Assembly (NCBI GenBank): GCA_030587475.2 | Contig: JAUQYZ020000164.1 | Location: 1-44,593, forward strand | Source of the DNA: Candidatus Sigynarchaeum calidifontis | GTDB taxonomy: Archaea > Asgardarchaeota > Lokiarchaeia > Sigyniarchaeales > Sigyniarchaeaceae | Length of the DNA: 44,593 nucleotides | Direction: 5' to 3' | Made by a program: the position numbers and the translations under genes | Shown here: in pieces, positions 18,984 through 29,895 of the stretch | Layout of the letters: every line of letters begins with the position of its first letter | How positions within the stretch are numbered: position 1 is the stretch's first letter | The notes under the pieces: generated by a model | What the model was told of the DNA's origin: nothing | Database searches by the model: none | The model's input: only the letters and a program-made list of their open reading frames with translations

Positions 18984-19602
18984 GGTTTCCCGATCTCGTT
19001 TTTTCTTGAAATGAATTTCCCGATCTCTTCACCGGTTGAAGTGCGCCGCACGCGCAATTGTTTACCCGTTGAGAGTGCCTAATATACTAGAGTTACTCTC
19101 TGTTGGTAATTAAAATTAATCACCCGTGGATTCAACCAAATCCCCGCCGCGAACGCGAACGTGCCATCGCGGGCGATGTTACGGCGGTTCTGGCCGCGTT
19201 CAACAATGGCATGGCCATGCTCGCCCGGAGCGTGGCATTAAACGCGAGATCCACGAGCGATCGAACACGTACATGGGCGCGGAAAGAAATAACCATTCAA
19301 TTGCGCGCCCAGCCAGCGCCGAGCCGTCATGGCAGGGCATTACGGCTCGAGAGATTCGAGGATCTCTCGTGGATTCTCGACAAGTGGCAAGCACCGCTCG
19401 CAAAATCCTCCGCTGTCGCCATGGTTCCCGTTACAGATCAAGCGAGCGATGGCTCTTGCGATCCGCTCCTCACGAACCGTCGCTCGTGGCCAAGAACGCG
19501 CCTTGTCTAGAAAAACACACCATCCCGGAGCCACACGTGTAGCGCTCCGCAAGAGGTGAGCCCCTCAACCCGGGCGACAACCCGGCCAGCCGGCGTGCCA
19601 CG

Positions 19603-19752
19603 ATGATGGCATTCGCCATCGGATTCGCCGCTAGCGTCGTCGCCGGCGTGGCGAGCATGGTGCTCGTGCACGAGTACTACCCGGCCGCCAAGCACAAGCT
19701 GGCCGCCGCGCGCCAAGCCCGGCGCGCCAAGCGCGCCGTGCGCGCCGAGTGA
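19603..19752 (+). CDS. Putative 49-aa single-TM small protein with basic tail (not in ORF track)
   Basis: MMAFAIGFAASVVAGVASMVLVHEYYPAAKHKLAAARQARRAKRAVRAE*; strong GC3 codon bias. Confidence 0.5.
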   Translation: MMAFAIGFAASVVAGVASMVLVHEYYPAAKHKLAAARQARRAKRAVRAE

Positions 19753-19810
19753 GCCGGGCGAGCGCCATGCGACGCGTGCGCGTCGCTGCCGCAAGGCCGG
19801 GGGCGAGCCG

Positions 19811-20086
19811 GTGCCCGTGAGTTTCACCTTCGACGCGGGCGCGGCGATCGTCCTCGTGTCCCCCGTCGAGATGCAAGTGTGCAGCAAGGAGCGCTGGCTC
19901 ACCATCCCCTTCAAGCAAGTCGCCTCGGTCGAGCTGGATTCACGGAGGAAGGCGATCATCGTGGTGGGCAAGCCGCCGGGTAGGGCGGGAGCCACGCGGC
20001 GAGAGTTGCAGCTCGATGTCTCCGACCCCGTGCTCGACGCGGCGACCATCGCCCGGCGGCTGAAGCTGCACGCCGAGCGAGGATAA
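19811..20086 (+). CDS. Hypothetical protein, possibly PH-like fold
   Basis: beta-rich LTIPFKQVASVEL pattern followed by a C-terminal helix; coding-like codon usage. Confidence 0.5.
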   Translation: MPVSFTFDAGAAIVLVSPVEMQVCSKERWLTIPFKQVASVELDSRRKAIIVVGKPPGRAGATRRELQLDVSDPVLDAATIARRLKLHAERG

Positions 20087-20380
20087 CATAGCTACGCCTC
20101 ACTTCACGACGTGTCGCTGGCTCGCTCGTGCCCGGCGATCACGACCCCGTATCGCTTGGCACGCGCGACGCACAGCACGCCGGGAACGTGCCCTTGCTTT
20201 ACCCGCGCGAGCACCTTGGCCGTGTCGTCGCGGAGGCGCACCCGCTCGGCCGGAGATCCAAGCGGTCATCATCACCAGCATCGGCACCGCATTCCGTACA
20301 CGTCGACGATCCTGGCATTTCTATCTGGCAATACACCCGCGCAAAGCACCCATATATCCAACGTCGGCGAAAGCGGATCC

Positions 20381-21097
20381 ATGGATCGATTGGCTGTTCT
20401 GCGTGTATTGCGGGGGAAATTCACCGAGCGCACGTTGCGTACCTTCCTCGCGATCATTCTGGCCGCTATCGCCGTGTTACTCGGTATTTCATGGGCCTTA
20501 CACGAGCTATCAAATCCCGGCAAGCCATACAACATCCTCGCGGACCAGATCTCCACCCTCGGTAATCCGAAACAGAATCCAAATGGGTATTACTTGTTCT
20601 CGGTGGCATTGTGGGTGCTATCCTTCGCCGCTGTCCCCTTGCTCCGGTTCTACCGCCGCGCGCTCCCGCCGCTCCAGGCCAGGGTCACGGGCGTCTTCGT
20701 GGTGTTCTTTGCGATCGGCATCCCCGGCACGGCGCTGGTCGGTTTTTTCCCGTCATCGCTGGACTCGACCGTGCACCTCGTCGTGGCGGCCCTCGCGTTC
20801 GGCGGCATCGGCCTCGCGTTTTTTCTCTCCGGGTTCGGCATCATCACGAGTAAAATCCGCCATCGAAACGACAGCATCCCCATTGCCCTCGTGGTTCCAT
20901 TTGTCGTTTTCAATTGCTTCGTCATGTTCGGCATCGCGGTGGTGGGATACACGGCCGCCGCGGGCATCTTCAACGACGTCGAGGGCACGTGGCTCTCGTT
21001 CTCGCTCTGGGAATGGTTATTGCTCGTTGCTATATGCGCGATGTGCGTGGCGACGGGTCTCCCGCTCGCCCGGATGGAGGCGAACGCGCGCGTTTGA
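20381..21097 (+). CDS. DUF998-like membrane protein
   Basis: Likely start MDRLAV at 20381; YNILADQISTLG, GFFP...H, EW motifs; about 6 TMs. Confidence 0.72.
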   Translation: MDRLAVLRVLRGKFTERTLRTFLAIILAAIAVLLGISWALHELSNPGKPYNILADQISTLGNPKQNPNGYYLFSVALWVLSFAAVPLLRFYRRALPPLQARVTGVFVVFFAIGIPGTALVGFFPSSLDSTVHLVVAALAFGGIGLAFFLSGFGIITSKIRHRNDSIPIALVVPFVVFNCFVMFGIAVVGYTAAAGIFNDVEGTWLSFSLWEWLLLVAICAMCVATGLPLARMEANARV

Positions 21098-21140
21098 ATG
21101 AAAAAGGAGACGATGGACTACGAGGCATGCAGGAGGTGCC

Positions 21141-21524
21141 TCAATCGTTCCCGGGGTCCTCGCCAGCCTCTTCTGCAGCAGGCTTGGCGTTCTTCAAGAT
21201 CTCCGACGTGAGCGGGAATGACTTGTCATCGACGACCGCCCACGTCCCGGCCTTGCCGAGGGAGAGCTGGGGCTTGTTGTTCCATTCCTTGACCCAGCCG
21301 TCCGTGATCTCGATGACCCGGCCGATATTTTTTTCCATGGCCGAGACATCCTTCCCGAAGGCGGAATATTCGATAGTCCCGGTCTCGTCGCCGACCAGGA
21401 AGCTACAGACGTAGAGCGGGTATCCTTTCTTCGATTGAACCTTTCGTGGAGGTCCTTGGCTGCACACGCGCACGCGCAAGCTCGCGTTCGTGTTCGGCAC
21501 GAGATCCTTGACTTTCACCGGCAT
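21141..21524 (-). CDS. Single OB-fold ssDNA-binding protein (SSB/RPA)
   Basis: KVKDL, LVGDETGTI, GWVKEWNNKPQLSLG; acidic tail. Confidence 0.85.
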   Translation of the reverse strand: MPVKVKDLVPNTNASLRVRVCSQGPPRKVQSKKGYPLYVCSFLVGDETGTIEYSAFGKDVSAMEKNIGRVIEITDGWVKEWNNKPQLSLGKAGTWAVVDDKSFPLTSEILKNAKPAAEEAGEDPGND

Positions 21525-21610
21525 GGCTTTTCAGCTCGTGTATAACGAGTAATCACGGCGCATCACGGCACATCATGGCCCGTGGCGGCACACGAGGCCG
21601 CCCCGATCAT

Positions 21611-22156
21611 TCAAGGGTTGTTGGCGAGCATCTGCTTGACCAGGTCCATGAAGACCGTTTCCACGTTCTCCCCGGTCTTCGATGATATCTCGTGGTACGA
21701 GCTGATGCCGTGTTTCTTCATGAACGCGTCGATGCTTTCTTTTTTTATTAGGCGCGCGTCACCCTTGCAGAGGTCCTTCTTTGTGCCGGCGAGCACGACG
21801 GGGATCGGTTTCTTTGTCCCGAGCTTGTCGCTCTCGCCCGTGTTGGCGCGGACGATTTCCATCCACTCGTCGAGTCCCTTGAAGCTGTCGGGCCGGTTGA
21901 GGTCGAACAAGAGGATCGCGCCGGCCGAGCCGATGCAGAACGGGCCGAGCAGGGTGCGGAACCGCTCCTCGCCCGCGAAATCCCATATCTGGAGGCGTAT
22001 CTTGCCTTGATCCTCTGTCTGGACATCTTTAATGGCGAACGCGACGCCGATGGTACTTTTCGTCTCCATGAACTTGTTTTCGGTAAAACGTAAGACCAGG
22101 CACGTCTTGCCAACGGATGCCTCGCCGCAGATGGGCACCTTGAATTTGACTTGCAA
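21611..22156 (-). CDS. Rab-like small GTPase
   Basis: GEASVGKT, STIGVAF, RLQIWDFAGEERF, LLFDL, GTKKDL, EISSKTGENV; TTG start after GGGGTTGA. Confidence 0.9.
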   Translation of the reverse strand: MQVKFKVPICGEASVGKTCLVLRFTENKFMETKSTIGVAFAIKDVQTEDQGKIRLQIWDFAGEERFRTLLGPFCIGSAGAILLFDLNRPDSFKGLDEWMEIVRANTGESDKLGTKKPIPVVLAGTKKDLCKGDARLIKKESIDAFMKKHGISSYHEISSKTGENVETVFMDLVKQMLANNP

Positions 22157-22322
22157 CGTGATGCATCAACCCCGCGTTTTTTAATCGCCGGCCGCTCGAG
22201 CGCAGCTCGCGCCGTGGATGCTAGGATCATGCCATGGCTGGCTAATAAAGTAAGCCGCGGGAACCTTATTAACTCACAACTGATCATAACAAATAACGAT
22301 AACGAGTGGCGAAAAGAGAATC

Positions 22323-23867
22323 ATGCAGTTTCACATCGGCTTTGACGAGTCTCACAAGGAACGCGGGAAGCTCGGCAGCAATTACCGCACGCTCCGCCAG
22401 CTTCTCGAAAGCGAGGGCTTCGGATGCTGGGAATTCTCATCCTTTCCCATCACGCGACAGTCCCTCCAGAATTATGACATCCTGGTCTTTGCATGCACCG
22501 ATTCTAGCAAGTTTTCCGCCGAGGAGATCGAGGCGATAGCCACCTGGGTCAAGGAGGATGGCGGGGGGATCCTCATGCTCTCCCACGCGGGCGGCGATCG
22601 CGGCCGGCGCACGAACATGACCGAGCTGGCGACCCAGTTCGGCATGCTCTTCGAGAATGACCAGGTCCTGGACGACATGAACAACTACGGCATCGACAAC
22701 ATGCCCAACATAAAGACCTTCCCCAACCCGCACCCCATCATCGAGGGAATCACGTCGATCTGCTACCGTGCAGGCTGCAGCGTGTCGATCGTGGGCATGG
22801 CGCAGTCGATCGCGCTCACGAACCCGAGCTCGATCCCGGGCAACGTCACGATCATCGCCGCGTCGGAACCGGGCGAGGGCAAGGCCGTCTGCATCGGGTC
22901 GTACGAGATATTCCGCGACGAGATCAACGGCGGGATCACCAACCCGGCATCGCACGCGCAACTTGCCAAGAACATCTTCTCGTGGCTCGTGACACCCAAG
23001 CGGGTCATGCTGCGCGAGGGCGGGGCGGTGCCCGCGTCGGGCCCGGGCGCGGCGAGCACGCCGCCTGCCAGCTCCGGGGCATTCGATCCCTACGGCGTCA
23101 TGAAGCCGCAAGGGGTGCCTTCACAAGATCACGGCGGAAAACTCGTCCAGATCACGTCCATCCACGATCTATTCCTCGAGATGCAGAACATCGTAAAGGA
23201 AATCGACATGATCCGTGCCCGGGTCATGAACGTGTTCGGCGTCGTCTCGGCTCTCGATAGCGGGGAAGGGAGCGCTCCCACGGCACCGCATGCAACGGCT
23301 CCTGCTCCCGCCCCGGTGGCGGCACCGGCGAAGAAAGCGGAAGCGCCCACCAAGAAAAGCGAGGAACCTCCCGCGGGGCCTCCCCCGAGCAAGGATGACT
23401 TGCTGGCCATGATCGCGGGGATAAAGGGGAAAAAAACCGAGCCGGGTGCAATTTCCCCCGCAGAGACCGCACCAAGCGGCGTCTCGATGTCCAGTCTTCT
23501 CTCCGAGCTCAAGGCCGAGGGCAAAAAGAAGGAACTCAGCCCCGAGGACTTGAAGGCCCTCGAGGTTTCGCAGCCTGGCCTCGGGAAGGTCGCCGAGGAG
23601 AGTCCACCCGCCCCATCCGCTCCAAAAGAATACGAGCTCACGTCCACCGACAAGCGCAAGAGCAAGGCCGATCTCGAGGACGAGATCGACAAGCTTGAAG
23701 CCAAGATCAAGTCGACCGAGAACCTCAAGGCCTTCATCGACAAGCTGTTCAAGGATGGCAAGAAGTCCAAGGATGACTACGAGCGCGAGGCGAAGCGGCT
23801 GGCTTCCGACATCGAGAACGCGAAGGCGAAGATGGAAGCTTATAAAAAGCTCGCCGCGTCGAAGTAG
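22323..23867 (+). CDS. GIFT (GldG/IFT52)-domain protein with Pro-rich linker and C-terminal helical hairpin/coiled coil
   Basis: FDESHKE, KFSAEEIEAIATWVKEDGGGILML..GGD...TN, FGM.FEND, GKAVCIGSYEIF.D, NIFSWL; no signal peptide. Confidence 0.75.
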   Translation: MQFHIGFDESHKERGKLGSNYRTLRQLLESEGFGCWEFSSFPITRQSLQNYDILVFACTDSSKFSAEEIEAIATWVKEDGGGILMLSHAGGDRGRRTNMTELATQFGMLFENDQVLDDMNNYGIDNMPNIKTFPNPHPIIEGITSICYRAGCSVSIVGMAQSIALTNPSSIPGNVTIIAASEPGEGKAVCIGSYEIFRDEINGGITNPASHAQLAKNIFSWLVTPKRVMLREGGAVPASGPGAASTPPASSGAFDPYGVMKPQGVPSQDHGGKLVQITSIHDLFLEMQNIVKEIDMIRARVMNVFGVVSALDSGEGSAPTAPHATAPAPAPVAAPAKKAEAPTKKSEEPPAGPPPSKDDLLAMIAGIKGKKTEPGAISPAETAPSGVSMSSLLSELKAEGKKKELSPEDLKALEVSQPGLGKVAEESPPAPSAPKEYELTSTDKRKSKADLEDEIDKLEAKIKSTENLKAFIDKLFKDGKKSKDDYEREAKRLASDIENAKAKMEAYKKLAASK

Positions 23868-23923
23868 CCATTTCCCTTCCCCTAGAGTTTTTGTACCGCC
23901 TACCTTTTTTTTCCGTGATTCCC

Positions 23924-25012
23924 ATGCAAAGCAAGGGTGGAAAAATAGCGAGAATCGCGGTCGTCGAAGGCGACGGTATCGGGCCCGAGATCATCCGAGA
24001 GGCCAAGAAGATCCTCGGCGTGGTGCAAGATTACACGTCGATGCAATTCGAGTTCACGGACGCGCCCGCTGGAGGCGAGGAGTACAAGAAGACCGGCTCG
24101 TCCTTGCCCGATACTTCCTTGAAAGCCATGGAAGCATCCGATGCCATCCTCTACGGCGCGATCGGCTTGCCGGATCTCCCGCAAGGCGTCGCCGAGTTGG
24201 CACTCCTCAAGATCCGCCAGCACTTCGACGAGTACGTCAACTTGCGCCCCGTGAAGCTGTTCGAGTCTGTGCGGGACATGTGCCCGCTCAAGGACCAGTA
24301 CGTGGGCAAGGGCATCGACATGGTCATCGTCCGCGAGAACACGGAAAGCCTCTATGCCAAGATCGGCGGACAAGTGCGCGACGACACTGCCGTCAACCTC
24401 ATGGTTTACACGAAAACCGGCGTCGACCGCGTCATCAAGTACGCGTTCGAGCTCGCGAAGAACAGTAAATCATATAAAAAAGTCACGTCGGTGGACAAGG
24501 CGAATATCTTGTCCACATCGCAGATGTGGCGCAACAATTTCCACGAGATCGCCAAGGGTTATCCAGGCATCGCGATCGAGGATTACTACGTCGACGCGTT
24601 TTGCCAGGCCTTGATCCGCAAGCCGCATGACTACCAGGTTGTCGTGACCGAGAACATGTTCGGGGACATCGTCTCGGACGAGGCCGCGTACCTCCTCGGT
24701 TCGCTCGGGATGGCCCCGAGCGCCAACATCAACCCGAACGGCATCTCCATGTACGAGCCAATCCACGGCAGTGCCCCGGACATCGCGGGCAAGGGCATCG
24801 CCAACCCGATCGGCACGATCCTCGCCGCCAAGCTCATGCTCTCCGAGACCTTCAAGGAACACGCGACCGCAAGGGCGATCGAGGAAGCCGTCGAGGCATC
24901 GCTGCTCAAGGGCCGCACCCCGGACGTGGCGAAGCAGGGATTGCCCACGCTCACGACATCGGAGATGGGCGATCTCGTCGCCGCGGAATTAAAAAGGATA
25001 TTGAAAAAGTAG
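23924..25012 (+). CDS. leuB: 3-isopropylmalate dehydrogenase (or related beta-decarboxylating dehydrogenase)
   Basis: GDGIGPEI, NLRPVK, IVRENTE, VDKANIL, NMFGDIVSD, YEPIHGSAPDIAGKGIANP. Confidence 0.8.
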   Translation: MQSKGGKIARIAVVEGDGIGPEIIREAKKILGVVQDYTSMQFEFTDAPAGGEEYKKTGSSLPDTSLKAMEASDAILYGAIGLPDLPQGVAELALLKIRQHFDEYVNLRPVKLFESVRDMCPLKDQYVGKGIDMVIVRENTESLYAKIGGQVRDDTAVNLMVYTKTGVDRVIKYAFELAKNSKSYKKVTSVDKANILSTSQMWRNNFHEIAKGYPGIAIEDYYVDAFCQALIRKPHDYQVVVTENMFGDIVSDEAAYLLGSLGMAPSANINPNGISMYEPIHGSAPDIAGKGIANPIGTILAAKLMLSETFKEHATARAIEEAVEASLLKGRTPDVAKQGLPTLTTSEMGDLVAAELKRILKK

Positions 25013-25034
25013 GCCCGCTCTTTTTTTCCTTGCT

Positions 25035-26279
<1,245 letters not shown>

Positions 26280-26376
26280 GGTGCTTCACCGCACGGGATC
26301 GGTACCGCGAGCGGCAGAATGAAACGTCGGTAAAAAGAGGCGGTCATGGCGTGAAGGACTTGCCGGGAAAAAGCCC

Positions 26377-26754
26377 TCACTCCTTGACGAGCACGCCGTT
26401 GATGACGGCGACTTGCCCGGGCCGGCTCGTGACGCGTACCTTGCCGAGCTCGGTCTTGAGGAGGGTGTTCCGCGTGATGACCTTCCGTCGGTTTAAATCC
26501 TTGTTGGAAGGGTTCTCAATCACGTCTTGAATCTTCACGCGCTTGGTCGTGGCACCATCCGTCACGTTGACGAATTGATCGTGGTAAAGTTTGTTTTTTA
26601 TGTTTCCCCCGCGGACGCGCTGGCGCTTGACCGAGCGCTCGCCCATCGTGGTCTCGATTGGATAGCGACCCATCTCGCGCTTGTGCTTCTTGACTGACTG
26701 GTGAAGCCGGCCGCCGGAAGGCTTCTTTTTTAAACCTTTTTGCCATATGGGCAT
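26377..26754 (-). CDS. rps8e: 30S ribosomal protein S8e
   Basis: KKPSGGR, KREMGR, RVRGGNIK, NPSN..RRKVIT, VTSRPGQ. Confidence 0.96.
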   Translation of the reverse strand: MPIWQKGLKKKPSGGRLHQSVKKHKREMGRYPIETTMGERSVKRQRVRGGNIKNKLYHDQFVNVTDGATTKRVKIQDVIENPSNKDLNRRKVITRNTLLKTELGKVRVTSRPGQVAVINGVLVKE

Positions 26755-27093
26755 AGATTATTCACTTATTGAGTATATTTGAGTCAGATAGTCATCCGAC
26801 TAATAAAACGCAATCGCCGATCACCTTAGATTCGATATTCATTTTTAAACCGGTTCTGGACAATCCTTGGGCGGGTCGATCTCGGTTGTTAAGACATGGA
26901 CTAAAACCCTATTTATATGCAAGGAGCTAGCGAGCCTCCCTTTTAATGTGTCTGTTACGTCAAAATCTTCCTCTTCATTTATGAATGCAACATTCGAGTG
27001 CATCGTGTTGTCGGGAAAGCCAAGATCGACGAAATTTCCAAGTTTCAAGGAAAGGATTATGAATTGCGTGCTTGAATCTCTCTCCGGTCGCAA

Positions 27094-27468
27094 TTATCGT
27101 AATTTTCGGCCGTCCTTTAAAAACAACATAGTCACGGGAACGTCGGACCCTGGCCCGTGCCGCGCGTCGGCCTCGCGAGCCGCGGCGGTGAGCGATGCGA
27201 ACTTCCCGAGCCATCGCTCGACGAAGGCACGCGCCAGCGGGTATTCGGTGATGAGGCCATCCGATGCATCGTATGGTTCCAACACCTTATCGACGTCGGC
27301 ACGGGTGAATGACATGCCGAGCACGCCCATCTCGGCAAGTGCAGCGAGCGTGTCGACGACTTGCTGTTTCGTCGGGTAGAGCTGCGCCTCGTTTTCCCCG
27401 TCCTCATAACTCGAGTCCCAGACAAAGACCTCGTAGTACCACGCCCGCCCTGGAATGTCAAGTGCCAT
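27094..27468 (-). CDS. Hypothetical protein
   Basis: 124-aa ORF overlapping the stop of the YkgJ-family gene (translational coupling). Confidence 0.55.
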   Translation of the reverse strand: MALDIPGRAWYYEVFVWDSSYEDGENEAQLYPTKQQVVDTLAALAEMGVLGMSFTRADVDKVLEPYDASDGLITEYPLARAFVERWLGKFASLTAAAREADARHGPGSDVPVTMLFLKDGRKLR

Positions 27469-28078
27469 GTTTCTTCATCATCCTCGAAGAGGGCACAAGC
27501 ATCTCCCCCACGAGACGAACGGGCTTGAACGCCCCCGGATCGCCATCCGGCTGGCTGTTCCAGCGCCGCGCGAATGCCCGCGCCTCGTCGATCTCGGCGA
27601 GGATGAGCCGACCCGTCTCCTTGACCTTGGCCGGGTTCACGGGCTCGCCGTGGCCGACGCCGGGGCACGACGTCGTCGCGAACCTTGCGACCGAAATGGA
27701 TGGGCCTTCCCCCGCGGGCTTGAACGAGAAGGGGAAGGTCTGGCAGATGCGCGGGCGCGCCGCGTAGATCGAGCACTTGTCGCCCGCGAGGAACGTGCAC
27801 TCGCCCGCGGGACGCTTGAGCAAACCCAGGTACGCCAGGCCCCTGTGCGTCTTGAGCGGCGGGAACACCATGCGCTCCTGGATGTCCTCCTGGCTTTGAC
27901 CTTCGCCTGGCTCGATTTGATAGAAGCCCAGCACCTTGAGCATCCCATTCTCATCGACCTTCAAGTGCTTGGCGAGCACGCGCACATCACGAGGTGTGAC
28001 GTTCACGATGAGGCCGGGGTACTTGCAACAAGCACCGCACTTCGTGCAATGGAAGCGAAAGTTTTCTAAGGTCGCCAC
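27458..28078 (-). CDS. YkgJ-family CxxCxxCC (Fe-S/Zn) cysteine-cluster protein
   Basis: FHCTKCGACC, CTFL...CSIYAARPRICQTFPF, CPGVG. Confidence 0.88.
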   Translation of the reverse strand: MATLENFRFHCTKCGACCKYPGLIVNVTPRDVRVLAKHLKVDENGMLKVLGFYQIEPGEGQSQEDIQERMVFPPLKTHRGLAYLGLLKRPAGECTFLAGDKCSIYAARPRICQTFPFSFKPAGEGPSISVARFATTSCPGVGHGEPVNPAKVKETGRLILAEIDEARAFARRWNSQPDGDPGAFKPVRLVGEMLVPSSRMMKKHGT

Positions 28079-28155
28079 GAGATGATCATCAAGGGAACTT
28101 CAATAAAGTTTTTTGAAGGCGCGTATCTCAAAGGATACAGAAACACTCTACTCGT

Positions 28156-28261
28156 AGCGGGGTAGGGTATGGCTGGGGCTCTTGCCCAGCTCCCGAAGCC
28201 TGGACATCCCGCAGGGCTCATAACCCTGAGATCAGTAGTTCAAATCTACTCCCCGCTACCA
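28156..28261 (+). tRNA. Initiator tRNA-Met (CAT) with a 28-nt intron in the D-loop (about 28170-28197) and encoded CCA
   Basis: Acceptor AGCGGGG/CCCCGCT (A1-U72), anticodon arm CAGGG-CTCATAA-CCCTG with three G-C pairs, T arm AGTAG-TTCAAAT-CTACT, ACCA end; insert forms a GGCTGGG/CCCAGCT hairpin. Confidence 0.92.
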
Positions 28262-28391
28262 TTTTCACTTTTCCCAACGCTAAAACCCGGCATCACGCTC
28301 CTGAACCGAAAGGAATCGAACGTGGCCAGATCTCTTGATAAAAGGCCATGTTTCTTGTTTCGAGGGAAATAAAAGTAGTGATGGTCCTTCA

Positions 28392-29783
28392 TCACGAATT
28401 AGCTGCTTTTTTGGAGAACAAGGTGGCGATGTCTCGTTTTAATGCCAAATACCGTTCCCCGTGCAAGGGATAAAAGTAGAGCATGGCGATGGCAAGCACG
28501 ATAAAGCAGAACGGCACGAACCCGACCCCCAGGCGGATACCGAACACTGCCTGCACGGTTTGGTGGTCAGCCTCGCCGTTGTAACCGAAGATGCTCAAGA
28601 TCTGTGAAAAAATGAAGATGATAACCGATGATGCCGGGGTGCTGATCAGCGCGTTGATGCCGAAGAACATGCCCTCCCGGCGATGTCCCGTTTTCAACTG
28701 GTCCTCGTCGGCAATGTCTCCGACGATCGTGTTGGCTAGCATCCAATGTGCATTTGAGCCCAACATGACACACGTGTAGAAAATGAACATGATCCAATAA
28801 TTTTCGACAAGAGTTAGGCCAAGGAATCCCGCGAGAGTAATCACCGCGAAGATCATCAGCGTCTGTCGCACGCCGATCTTCCTGTTGACAATGCGAATGA
28901 CCGGAAACAGCGCGAGGAGAAACACCCCGCCGGCAATCCCTGGCAAAATTGCCGCGAATCCCCTGGCACCGTACATGTCCTCCATGATAAAGGGCACCAT
29001 CTGGTTGAATGCCAGGGCCACCCCGCTCATGGCAAACGAATATAGCACGAAAAACACGAAGGAACGAGACTTGAAGGTTTCTACAAGTGCTTTTTTCAAG
29101 GAAAGGGCCTCCTTTTCGTCAAACAGGTGCGATGGTTCCTTTATCTTCCAGGCGCTGATGATCATCATGACAGCGCCACCAATCCCGACGATCGTGAAGA
29201 TGATAACGACGAGATCACGGGAAAAGCTGGACGTGAGGATGAACGGCGGGATAAAGCTATAAATCGCACCCGGGATCATGTTGATGTAGGAATTGACCAT
29301 GCTCGTCGATGCTCGCTCGTCGGGGTCATCCGTGAATCCAGTAGCCAAGGCACATTGATTGAGCATGAAGATCGCAAATCCCGTGTCGAAACAGAACAGC
29401 GCGGCAAGTAAATAAATGGAGATCAATGCTTGTCCCCAATCAGGTGCGGGGTACCATATCATCATGTACCCGAGAACCATGAATGGAATTGCCCGGCGCA
29501 TCCACGGCAATCGCTTGCCGACGCCAGGAACGGGCGGTTTCCTGTCGGAATAATATCCAAACAATGGATCATCGATGGCATTCCAGATCCCGAAAAATAT
29601 ATACACGATCCCAAACAATGCTGGTTCCATCAACACGTAATCCGTGTAATACTTCAAGAGCGCGCCGTAAAGCATTCCATTTACGAAATTAGCCCCCGCA
29701 TTTGTTACTCCCAAAAGAGCTTTTTGCTTGAAGGGCACTTTATGGGAAATTAGGCTCCTTGTTGGCGTTGGGATTTCTTCCAT
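28392..29783 (-). CDS. GPH/MelB-family (MFS_2) glycoside:cation symporter
   Basis: WNAIDDPLFGYYSDR..GKRLPW, DPDERA, DIADEDQLKTGHRREGMFFG, YPL; 12 TMs. Confidence 0.92.
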   Translation of the reverse strand: MEEIPTPTRSLISHKVPFKQKALLGVTNAGANFVNGMLYGALLKYYTDYVLMEPALFGIVYIFFGIWNAIDDPLFGYYSDRKPPVPGVGKRLPWMRRAIPFMVLGYMMIWYPAPDWGQALISIYLLAALFCFDTGFAIFMLNQCALATGFTDDPDERASTSMVNSYINMIPGAIYSFIPPFILTSSFSRDLVVIIFTIVGIGGAVMMIISAWKIKEPSHLFDEKEALSLKKALVETFKSRSFVFFVLYSFAMSGVALAFNQMVPFIMEDMYGARGFAAILPGIAGGVFLLALFPVIRIVNRKIGVRQTLMIFAVITLAGFLGLTLVENYWIMFIFYTCVMLGSNAHWMLANTIVGDIADEDQLKTGHRREGMFFGINALISTPASSVIIFIFSQILSIFGYNGEADHQTVQAVFGIRLGVGFVPFCFIVLAIAMLYFYPLHGERYLALKRDIATLFSKKAANS

Positions 29784-29895
29784 AAAATAATATTTCCATG
29801 ACTATTATAAAGGGGTTTAGACAAGGCCGGATCTATCGTGGCCAAGGGAGTATTCCACCCGTTTTAAATAGGCAACAATTTCCACTGGGCATGTT

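Noticed and set aside
19103-19542. ORFs 19103-19510 and 19126-19542, or an ncRNA in this gap
   Set aside because: No protein motifs or coding bias and no recognisable SRP/RNase P/rRNA signature
26845-27093. 82-aa ORF upstream of rps8e (SRP19 often lies near rps8e)
   Set aside because: No SRP19 motifs, TTG start and atypical composition; cannot be supported
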